A stretch of 64,000 nucleotides of DNA from Mytilus edulis. Taxonomy: Eukaryota. Position numbers and translations under genes: made by a program. The stretch lies in NCBI RefSeq assembly GCF_963676685.1, contig NC_092353.1:34782001-34846000 (forward strand). Reading direction: 5' to 3'. The notes beneath the pieces were generated by a model that saw nothing but the letters and a program-made list of their open reading frames with translations, searched no databases and was not told where the DNA came from. Shown in pieces: positions 1-12,200 of the stretch; the stretch's first letter is position 1; each line of letters starts with the position of its first letter.

Positions 1-123
1 TTATAAAAGTAAGTATAATCCGGTTCTTTTATACCAATAGACAGCATGAACTATAACAGAGATATTTTGTTTTTGTAAATTATTTGCTAGAGATTATTTG
101 TCTCAAGTAACATTCTAACTTAC

Positions 124-218
124 CAAAATGGTGAGGTCGTAACGGTTCCTAACTTCAAAATCAAGTTTCCCAGATAGAAAAATATCTGTTCCGTTCAGAC
201 TAAAAGGTATGGATTGAC
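124..218 (-). CDS. Gene 1 exon: cadherin repeat with LDFE motif
   Basis: GQSIPFSLNGTDIFLSGKLDFEVRNRYDLTIL; phase 1-0; acag/gtaag. Confidence 0.9.
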
Positions 219-3200
219 CTGTCCCAAATTGAAAAAAAATGAAATAATATGGAATTAAAAGTAAATATCAATGTTTCTGTTATTTCTTATATTTTCTGAG
301 TCTGAATCCCTTTTTTTAAGCATTCATAAGGATGTGCAATCAGTGTATTGAAGGACTTAAAAACCAAATAATCACTATTGTTATAATCAAAGGAAAACTC
401 TACTTTGTAAGTTTTTATTATTGAAATAAAGTCCAAACATTAAACCATCACCAATCACAAAATAAACATAAACAGGACATTGATATAGCGATATAGCCTT
501 TTTGTGCTAATGCGGCGTAAAGCAACCAACAATCAAAAGTGTTTAGAAAATGGATCCCATAATAAAACAAACAATACTTGAACAATATTTAAATGCATGT
601 TTTCAATGTTTGTATCAAACATGGTTAATAATATTATCCCATGACCTTCGTTTATCAGAAGTTTTAAATATATGAAACAATAGTTTAACTATGTCCAAAT
701 CTCAAAAATCCAAAAATTAAGAACTTGAGGCAACCGCATGAACTCCGTAAAAATACCTTCTGCTGCTATGCATGCATGAGTGCAGATCGTGTATTCAGTC
801 TTAGACGGCGTGTTTCTTCTGCTATGCATGCATCAAATATAGACAACAGTAATTGTATTCAGTCTCAGATAAAGTATTTTAGACGATGAATTATATGAGT
901 ATGAAAATAGTATTGTTACAATCAAACAATGAACAAGTTTAACTTACCTAAAAGCTCAATTACCGGAGAAGGAAAATCATCTTCCACCTCAATTGTTAGC
1001 ACCTCAATTCCAAATGGTGCGTCTTCTGAGACGTTGGTTGTCAATGGCGTATTTAGTATGACAGGAGGTTTGTTAAATACATTAACTGTTGTTACAATGT
1101 CAGTTACCCCAAAATCATTCTCCACAGTTCCTGTAACCTTATAATGAAAAATTAATTTATCTAAATATTAAAAAAATTATCGCATTACATTTCTTTTCCA
1201 TGTACTACACTACTTTTCAATCCTCAATAAATAATTAATGGTGATATACCTTTTTTACCTTTTACATTGATTTCATATTTAATAATGCCAAAAAGAAATT
1301 GTCACTTTTTTATTATTTGTGGTGTTCGTCTGTCATGCCAAAACACATTGAGTCAGGATCAGATTTAATGAATTTCTATGGTCAGTAATTCCTCAAACAG
1401 GATTTCCACTTAAAATCAAATATGAGACCATATCTACAAAATCTCTACTTGAGTTGAATAAAAAAGTACAACACTACAACATTTACTCGTAGCGTTTTGA
1501 AGAGTAACTTGCCATACTTATTGTAAAAGTGTGGTCATTAACATATAAATCTTGACTTACGTCGTATTTAACATTAACATTCTGTAAATATGATTTAACA
1601 CAAATCTCCATGGTAATTTCAGATGCAGATATGGTACAGCTAGTACTTAGATAAGGAGACAATGGCCCAGACAAGCTTTCGCTACATCGGATGTTGCCAG
1701 TTTGTGTCTCATTACAAAAGAAAGCAGGAAAGCAATTCCCAGGAGGAGTACTCTTATGTATCATAACCTCTGGTGACAAGTTGTAACAGGAAGGTTCGTA
1801 GTAATCTGAAATTATAGTTAAAAGTATAACAAAATTACCGAACTCCAAGGAAACTCCAAGGAAAATTATAGTAAAAAGTATAACAGAAATTCTGAACTCC
1901 AAGCAAACTCCAAGGCAAATTATGGTAAAAAGTATAACAAAATTTCGGATCTCTTAGGAAAATTAAAAAAAAAGGAAAGTCGTTTAAACTGACAGAATCG
2001 AACGTTTTAATTAACCAGCCAACTGAACGAATGGACAACAACTGAACTATTCCTTGATTGGTACAATAATTTTCCGCAGGAGTAATTTTCAATGGCCATG
2101 TTCTCCATTTTTATTTATTTGATTTAGTCTTGAATTTACTAATGGAATCTCTATTCACAGTAACTTCTTTAAAACATAGTAGATAATAATACAGTAAAAA
2201 AAAGGAAATCAATCTCTGAGACACTATTTCATTATTTTGTGAAAGTATTTCATTTAGATCAAAGTTGTAATGAATAATAAATTGTCGGCTTTAAAAAGAA
2301 TTAAAAAGAAAAATTTAGCATACTTACCAACGTGTAAAATAAAATCTAGTGTGAATGAAGCAACAGTTCCAGCACTTATCTGAACACTGATATTATAGTC
2401 TCCGGCTTGTAGATCTATTTTTGATCCTCTCGTCACAACTATTGTACCCTGGGCACCAAATATAAGTGGAAGTCCTGTAAAATATGTAAAAAGAGTACGT
2501 ATTTGTTCGATGATTTTTTTTCTTCAAAATAAACTTAAAGTAGATAAGTATATTTTCAAAAGTAAATAAGTATATTTTCAAAAGTACAATTTATATTCCC
2601 TGAAGTACAATTCATATTTCCTGAAGTACAATTCATATTTCCAAACTCTTAATTTTCTGTGTAAAAAAACTTCTCAAAGATACCAGAAGTCAGTTTCACA
2701 AAACAATCTTAAGTCTAAAGTTGATCGTATGTCTATCATAATTCAGTATACTTACGATCATCTTTTAGTCGTAAGATTGTTTGTGAAACTCATTTCTGGT
2801 TGATAATTTTGTACACCAAAGATGGATTTCGTCTACAAAAGACTCATCTGTGACGTTCGAAAAAAAATAAGAACGCCAAATAAAAAATTAAGTTGAAGAC
2901 CATTGAGAGCCAAATACATTTTGCATATTCCATTCTCTAAATTCCATGATGATTTTTGTCCGTCTTAGTACCCACCTTGAAGATTTGTCAAAATTATTCA
3001 AGTTTTAAAATCTTTTACATAAAACTGGTGCTACATGTTGACTGTACAGAAAAAAAGATTTCCTTGTATAATATAGTAAGAATCGAAACAGGCGGAAGAT
3101 ATAAATAAATTAATTCAGAAAGCATCTCTTGGTTTGAAAGTAAAGATTAGCAACAAAAAAATATTAAAACCCATCAAATTCAATTTTCTATCTTTGATGA

Positions 3201-6200
3201 AGGAGCTTATGTCCTTGAAGGTTCATCACAGTTTTGACGTTGAAACTAACCCAGGGCAAAATCTTAAAGTTTGCTACAAATATTTGATTTATAACATAAA
3301 TAAATGTGAGAAAATACCTTAGAAAGAAAAGACTATTATGAGAAGGTCCTTGTTATAACGAAAATAACACTATAAATGCTGTTCTAATCTGAATTCTCTT
3401 TAATCAGGAACGGCCAAACCCAATTATTCGAAAACCAAAGATGTATTAGTACTGAACAATTGAGGAGCTCTTTGCTCATTACTCACAATTTCAAAGTTCT
3501 TGATTTCTAAACACTTTAACCATACACAGACTGAACCTAAATGTTAAAGAACACAGGATTTTGATCAACATATAGCGACTTTCGAAGGCTGGATATGATT
3601 TGAAAATATTTGAAAACAATAGCTTTTATTTACTTTAAACACTTGTTCTGAGAGATACTATAACCATTTCCAGGTAATATAACAAGTATACAAAAGACAT
3701 ACAATGGGAACTGAAAACAATTGGTAAATCATCGAACTTACGAAGCAGATTACTAGTATGGAGTTTTGGCTTATAGTTATCAAAGGTACCAGGATTATAA
3801 TTTAATACGCCAGACGCGCGTTTCATCTACATAAGACTCATCAGTGACGCTCAGATCAACAAAGTTATAAAGCCAAACAAGTACAAAGTTGAAGAGCATT
3901 GAGGACCCAAAATTCCAAAAAGTTGTGCCAAATACGGCTAAGGTCATCTATTCCTGGGATAAGAAAATCCTTAGTTTTTTCGAAAAATTCAAAGTTTTGT
4001 AACAGGAAATTTATAAAAAATGACCATATAATTGATATTCATGTATAAACCGAAGTACTGACTAATGGGCATGGTGATACCCTCGGGGACGAACCGTCCA
4101 CCTGCAGTGGCATCGACCCAGTGGTGTGAATAGTTAACAAAGGTACCAGGATTATAATTTAATACGAGAGACGCGTGTTTTGTCTACATATACTATCTCA
4201 TGCAATACTTGAACCATTCTTGACCCAATTCACCATTCATATAGAAGTAAAGTCAAACATGGACAAAAAATTACTAATTATGACGGATATGCAATAATAG
4301 ATATGTGCGATCTATGATAGAGGTAAAATAGCAATAGCGTTATACAAAAAATAAGACCAATCATCAACTTATGATGGGGATTGAATAAAATTGAGACGTG
4401 ATACTTTGAATTATTCTTATTGTCGGTATGTCTGTTTGTCTTTCAAAGACTACACTGAAATTTGTATTCATTGCACACTAGAGTAATAAAATTAACGGTA
4501 CCAATTTTCTTGCACAAGATGCGCATTTCGACAATACATGTCTCTTCATTGATGTTCGTGGCCAAAATATTTGAAATCCAAAGCTTATATAAAAGATTAA
4601 GAGCTATAATCCAAAAGGTCCAAAAAGTATAGCCAAATTCGTGAAAGGAATCAGAGCTTTGCATGAGGGAGATACATTCCTTAATTTATAATAATATCTA
4701 TCATTTTGTAACAGCAAATTTTAATAACAAAAAATCCGTATTTTCATGCCAGTACCAAAGTACTGACTACTGGGCTGGTGATACCATCGGGGACTAATAG
4801 TCCACCAGCAGAGGCATCGACCCAGTGGTAGTAGAGTAAAATGTTTGATAGTTCTGGTATGACAAATGTGTCATAAATACTTCACCACTTTATCAGACAC
4901 TTTAGAATGTTTTTGTTACAGTTAAATCATGTAAAGCAGGATACGATAACCTTGTTAGACTGAACTTAATGAAATCCATTCATTTTCAATGCAATTTTGT
5001 TTGTTTTAAATCTGGATTTGTTGGAATTTTAAATTTTTGACGATTTATTTTGAATGTCATACTGTAAGAAAGTAAACAAAAGATATACAGTTTTATGACT
5101 TAAATAAGCTGACACTGTCAGTATCTATGTTTAGACGATAAACCCAGTTATTGATTTTTACATTCCATATCCCTCGGACTACTTTGTCTTGTTCGGAATA
5201 GATTATTAAGCCTTTAAAATATAGCAATTGCATTCTAAAGAAGCAAATGAACGGTTCAACATTTGGTTTTAAACATTATTCATATATAAAAAATGTAATT
5301 GGTTTCTGTCTTACATGACAACATACTATATCTAAAAAATGAGAAAATATAATACCATGATTTGAGATAAATTGGTATGTCAAACTTGTTGCGCCTGTAC
5401 ATCTTATTGCACCTAGGATAGTAGTATTGGAGGAAATTCCAAGATATATCTCTTTAGGGAAGCTACATTGTAAATCAATGTCTACAAGTGTAATGTTAAC
5501 CGTTGCTCTTGCTTCGAGGGGAGGCATCCCATTATCGTTGACCTGAAAATAAAAAGAAAGATACAGAAGTTTAGATTAAATATGGGTTGTATTATGTGTT
5601 TTAAGGTGGCACCTAACACTACAGGGAGATAACTCTGTAAAGTCAACTAAACGTTTTAATCACGTTGTGGTGTTAATGGAATATTAAGCTTCTCAATGAT
5701 CAAAATTGGTGTTTGTCAAACTGCTACATAACCAGTGTTATTTTTCTGATAAAACGGTTGGTTCAAAATTTTTGTAATTTTTATATTTTTGTTAAAGGGT
5801 CAAAGTAAATACTTTGTCAAAATTCAATGAAAAGTAAACGAGCCAAATTAATTTTAGTGAAAGTGTTAGGTACCACCTTAACCATAAACATATCGGTTAC
5901 TAGCTTTAAAATTTGAAGAAAAAAAATAATGAAAAAAATGTTTTTAATTTTATGTTATCATTATATCTTGTGAAATGAAGTTTGAATGTAATATTAGAAT
6001 GAACAAATAGAAAAATCACTAAACATGAAAGGAAATGAAAATTCGTTACCTTTATACGAATAAGAAGATTCAGACTGTCATTTGGTATTGTATCTGGAAT
6101 AGATCCAAAAGATATTTCGCCAGCTCCTGATATTCGAAAGTTTGGTTTATACACGTCTGGAAAAACATCTATAACAAAATGAAAAACAATGGATATATAA

Positions 6201-9200
6201 AAAGGAAAAAAGCAAAAATACAAAACTCCAAAGAAAATTAAAAGATGAGAATCCCTTTATCGAATGGCAAAATCAAAAGCTAAAATACATAAAACGAATG
6301 CAAAAATTCATTTTCCTGATTCTGACTTCGTTATGTAGAAATTGTAGCTTTAACCGGGTTTTAATGATAGTTTAATCTCTAACTTGTATGACCGTCATAG
6401 AATAGACCATTATATAGACAACAATTAACAACGTATTTAGAAATCTTGGTTCAATTTAAAAATGTATTTATATTTCTTTTTATATATTTGCATATATTCC
6501 TATTAATTATAAACATGTAACATCAAACAACGAACGAGTACACGAAACGTTGTAACAAAAAATAATTTACGAAGAATAAGAAACGAAAAGTTCATTTACC
6601 TTCAATGCTTAACGACGGAGTGTCAAAACTTAAGTCATCAACTGTCTGCACAATCATCAGAGGATCCCCTATCTGTACATCTCTGATATTGACAGTTACA
6701 GGGAATGAAGGTAGGAATTCTGGAGGTTTGTTAAATGTGATGCAAACTGTAGAAGTTGCTTTTCTCCAGGGACGGTTTATTCTATCATCCTGCTCTGATG
6801 CTATCACATTTATCTAAAATTTACATTCATAACATTTTTTAAGTTTAAACAAAAAGTATAACACAAATACCGAACTGCAAGTTAAATTTTAAAGGTGCAG
6901 TCAAACGTTATAAATCAGCAGAATGATTGAAAAACTGTCATATTTCTGACTTGGAAAAGCTATCTAAAATGCGTGTGGAACACCTGCTATCTAACATTGG
7001 ATTCTCATGAAGTTCACTCCCTTGCATATGATGTATGAACAGTGTAAAACAGTTTAAATGCCAATAATTGCTCATCTGACAAGCTACTTTGGATATCAGT
7101 CTGGGTTAACTGTATAAAATAGATTAAGAGTAATAAAAAAGTGTAAAAAATTGGTTAAATATTTAATAATATTGTACCAAAAGTAAAATCACAAAAATAC
7201 TGAACTCAGAGGAAAATCAATTCGGAAAGTCCATAATCACATGGCAAAATCAAATAACAAAACGCATCAAAAACGAATTAAGAACAAATACATAGGACTC
7301 ACTGCTCTTTAACTTCGTACTTTATTTGACCTTTTCAACTTTTTTTTATTTGAGCGTCACTGGTGACTGTTTCGTAGATGAAATGCGAGTCTGGCGCATA
7401 TAACAAAAAGTACAATCACAACAATACTGATCTCTGAGGAATATTCAAAACGGAAAGTCCCTAATCAAATGGCAAAATCAAAAGTTCAAACACATCAAAC
7501 GAAGGCATAACAACTGTCATATTCCTGATTTGGTACAGGACTTGTCTTATGTAGAATATGGTGGATTGAACCTTGTTTTATAGCTATCTAAACACTTCAC
7601 TTGTATGACAGTCACATCTAATTTCATTACATTGACAACGATGCGTGATTAAAAAAAAGACATTACAGATACAAATGTCAACCAGGTGCTCCGCAGGGCG
7701 CAGCTTTATACGACCCCAGTGGTCGAACCCTGAACAGTTGGGGCAAATTTGGTCACAATATTCAAGCTTGATACCGTCTGAATTTTGATTGTGATCAAAT
7801 TTTTGACATAATATAGGTTTTTGCCACAAAATTAATGTGGTTCCAGATCTAACACATCTATTGCACAATACTGTGCAATTGAATATTTCTTATTGAAACT
7901 TTTCAAAATTTGAAATTTGAAAAATGTTGAAAAAAAAAAATCCCTTAAAAAAATGGTAAACTGAGATCCCCCTCCCAATTTATTGACCCCCCCCCCCCCT
8001 TGGAGCAATAACCATTAAACTCAATCCCATGCTTTCCTTTGTAATATTGAACCTTGTAGTCCGATTTCAGAGAGATCCATACACTTAAACACAAGTTATT
8101 GTCATGATTGTTTGGAAACTAGAAACATGCTTCTTTTTGGTCCTTTTTTGGCCCTTAATTCCTACATATTTTGGGCAATTAACCCAAAACTTAATCCCAG
8201 CCTCCCCTTTGTTATATGGTACATTGTGGTACAATTTCAGAGAGATCCATGCAATTACACACAAGGTATTGTCTGGAAACTAGAAAAATGTTTGTTTTGG
8301 CCCCTTTTTGGCCCTTAATTCCTAAACTTCGGCCCCATAACCCCTTTAATGAATCCAAACCTTCTACTTGTGATTTTAAACATTGCAGTATACTTTCAGA
8401 GCAATTGAAATACTGGTAAACAAGTTATTATCCTGAGACTAGAAAAATGCTTGTTTTGGCCCCTTTTGGGCCCCTAATTCCTAAACGGTTCGAACGATCA
8501 TCCCCAAAATAAATCCCAACCTTCCTTTTGTGGTATTGAACCTTCCGAAAAAATTTCATTAAGATCTATTCACTTAAACTAAAGTTATTATCCGGAAACC
8601 AAAGTGTCTTCGGACGACGACGACGCAGACGACGCAGACGACGACATCATACCATTATACGAACCCAAAATTTTTTTGGGGTCGTATAAAAAACAGCAGT
8701 CAACATTCTGTTACAATCCTCATCTCTAAAAAAAACTGGTATCCATGATGAGTTTATTTAAATATAAACTTACACAGTAGTCTGGTTGTGTCACCTGAGC
8801 AGGATTAACCTTCAAACAAGCCACAGTTTGATTGTAATCTATATATCCAGAGAATGCCCCAGCAGTAGTATTGAGATCGTATATAATAGTATCATCCGGA
8901 TCGTAACACAGATCATCAGGAGTAGAATTAACAGTCTTAGCACATTTGATTACATCGTCTACTTTCAGATTGTGCTCAGTTGTTAAGTCGTTACATACAA
9001 CAAGGACATCACCTAAATAAAAAAAAATATAAAATGTAAAAAGAACTCTCTTAGTACATTTGATTACATCGTCTACTTTCAGATTGTGCTCAGTTGTTAA
9101 GTCATTACATACAACGACAACATCATCCGAATAAGGTTTATTTTGTTTGATAAACTGTAAGAAACTACGAATTTGTATATTTATATGTTACATTTTTTTG

Positions 9201-12200
9201 TGAAGATAGAGAGTACAATAAATTAAGTCACAATGAATAAGTGTTTTTGTTGATTTGGAACCTCTCGACTGAAGCAGGTAAGTATATATGTGTAAATGTG
9301 AAAATCAGCTCATTTTGGTCCATTATCTGAATGAAATGAATTTTATATAAAACAAAACAGAAAACACATGAACAAACAATCATAATCAAACAAAACAGGT
9401 GTTGACAGACACTCACAATAGATTTTTCTTCCGCTCTTTCTATCGACTTGATCACATTGCTGTTGTATTGTGTTTTAATCTGATGTACATAATTTGACAG
9501 TTCTATCGTGCAGCATCGATTATACAAAAAGTAAAATCACAAAATACTGAACTTACAGGAAAATGCAATCAGAAAGTCCGTAATCACATGGCAAAAACAA
9601 ATGACAAAACACATAAAAAACGAATGGACAATAACTGTCATATTCCTGACTTGGTACAGGCATTTTCAAATGTAGAAAATTGTGGATTAAATCTGGTTTT
9701 ATAGCGCTAACCCTCTCACTTTAATGACAGTCTCGGTAAATTCCGTTATATTGACAATGATGCGTGAACTTAACAGACATAATAAATAAAATAGTCAAAA
9801 TATGGGTACAGCAGTCATCATCGTGTAACATTTTTTTAAAAGGAACAATTTAACCGAACACAAAAACATTTATCTATAAACACATTCATTGATTCGCGTG
9901 TCTAACGTCAGAAAATTTTATACGTCACATATATTTGTCGTTCAATGTATACATTTGTACATGGTATATACAAACAATTTTAAAATTTCACATGGGCAAT
10001 GTTAGCATACAGGGTTAAAAAATCAAAAGTATGTAAGAATTAATTTGAGAAATAGACCGAGATTTAAAATAGTCCAAAAGTTACACAGAATTTAAAAAAA
10101 TCCACAAATAGTTCATTCCACTACGCGATTGAATAATTTTGACGTTTGTGGTTCAACGTATTTTCTAATTCATAATAGAAATATATCAAAATGACATATG
10201 ATAGAACAATATCATACTGACGGGATCTTTTAAATAACAAATATTTTTTTTGCAAATGTGACAATTATCCAGCAGAAACCACATGACGTAAATGTTGGCA
10301 TCTATAGACTGCCATACTGACTTAAACAATATGTTAGAGCCCAAACTGCATAACATGTGATACTAAACGCCCTGACTAGACACAATGTAAACTATTTTAA
10401 ACAAGAAATCCATTTGCCACCTGATTTAGGTTAAAAAAAAAAAACAATAACCGAAAGCAAATATTATATAGAACAACATCATATTTGTTCGTTTCTTTCC
10501 GTGTTTTATTTGATTTTCCTTATAAGATTTGATGCGACTGTCATACAACTGAGGGGTTTAGTGCTATAAAACCAGGTTCAATTCACAATTTTCTACATTT
10601 GAAAATGCCTGTACCAAGTCAGGAATATGACAGTTGTTGTCCATTTGTTTGATATATTTTATCATTTGATTTTACCATTTCATTATGGACTTTAAAAAAA
10701 GGCAACAGTAGTATACCGCTGTTCAAAACTCATAAATCTATGGACAAAAAACAAAATCAGGGTAACAAACTAAAACTGAGGGAAACGCATTAAATATTAG
10801 AGGAGAACAACGACACAACATTAAAATGTAACACACACAGCAACGGACTAAGCATTAGACAACATCCAATGAGAATAACCAATATAACATCAAAACCAAA
10901 TACATGAATTTGGGATAGAAAAGTACCGTGACACTTGTATACATGTATACTTTCCGTTTGAATTTTCCTCGGAGTTCAGTATTTTTGTGATTTTACTTTA
11001 TACTACTCGTATCATGAAATGTGTCATTGGTTTATTGCTGATGCATGGACATTATAAGTAAGGTATAATAACTGAAGAGACTCTGTGTTTGTTGGAATAA
11101 TTTCGTGTAACATTCCTTGGTTTTAAATTAAGCCAAAACATATATGTAAATCTGGGACTACAATCCCAGTGTGGAAGTATCAGGTTTAAAGTTTAATTGT
11201 TTTTCTTGTAATTGTTTTGCTAATGCGTATAAGTTAGGCTCTGTCATGTTTTCATTGTCACAATTTAAAGAATGATACTAGTATGCGGCATGATGAACAA
11301 CGAGACAACAGTCCAATAGAGATCAACGGACCAGGATTTTAACAACTGCTGTACACTGTACGTAATAATTTCGTCCGTAATTTTCGATATTATGATATAA
11401 ATTTCTATAATAAACATAATTTTTCGAAAACATTATTTAGCACATAAAAAATTACGATAATTTTGGAACCGTTAATATTAATACTTTGTAAACAGTGTTA
11501 TATTCTATCATACATTAATTAATTAGTTTGTGGATTCAGTAAATTAAATAAAACTATTTCTGATTTTTGGCGCTTTTTGATGTACATCATATGTGTTCAT
11601 GTATCAACTTGGAATGCAGCATTTTTCTATTTTAACATGCAATAACATGTTTATCAAATAATTATTTCATCAACTTAAGAGGTGTCCATGGAAAAACCAG
11701 GCAGTGGGTGGCACATGACATGTTGTTTTCAAAATTTTTTCATCTATTTCATATCACAAATTCATTCTTTCTTAAAGTTAATTTTTGTTTTTTTATTTAC
11801 TGCAACAAATAAAGAGAAAAAACATACATAGAAAGCACTGAAAATTCATTGAAAAGGGGAGATAACTCTTCATTTTGTACAAAATTTTGTTGCATTGTTA
11901 GTGAACTTTTAAATCATTTTCTGAGCCATCCACTGTTGATTCAAAAATATCTTTGACATATATATCCTTTGTATGATATAAACATTCATCTTCGCAAGCC
12001 AAGGGTTACGATCCACTCCAGAGCGGGAGTGGATCGTAACCCTTGGATAGCGAAGATGATAAACATTGCATTGGAACCAAAAATTCAGTGGGAAAAAATT
12101 ATGTTGTGCCACCAATATCATAGGATTTGCCTGATATTTACTTGGACAGCCTCTTAATACGATGACGTATGATTGCCAATAAGACCAACCATTAGTTCAA

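Noticed and set aside
11040-11190. Possible extra gene 1 exon
   Set aside because: Short open frame without convincing splice sites or motifs; flanking exons already join in phase.
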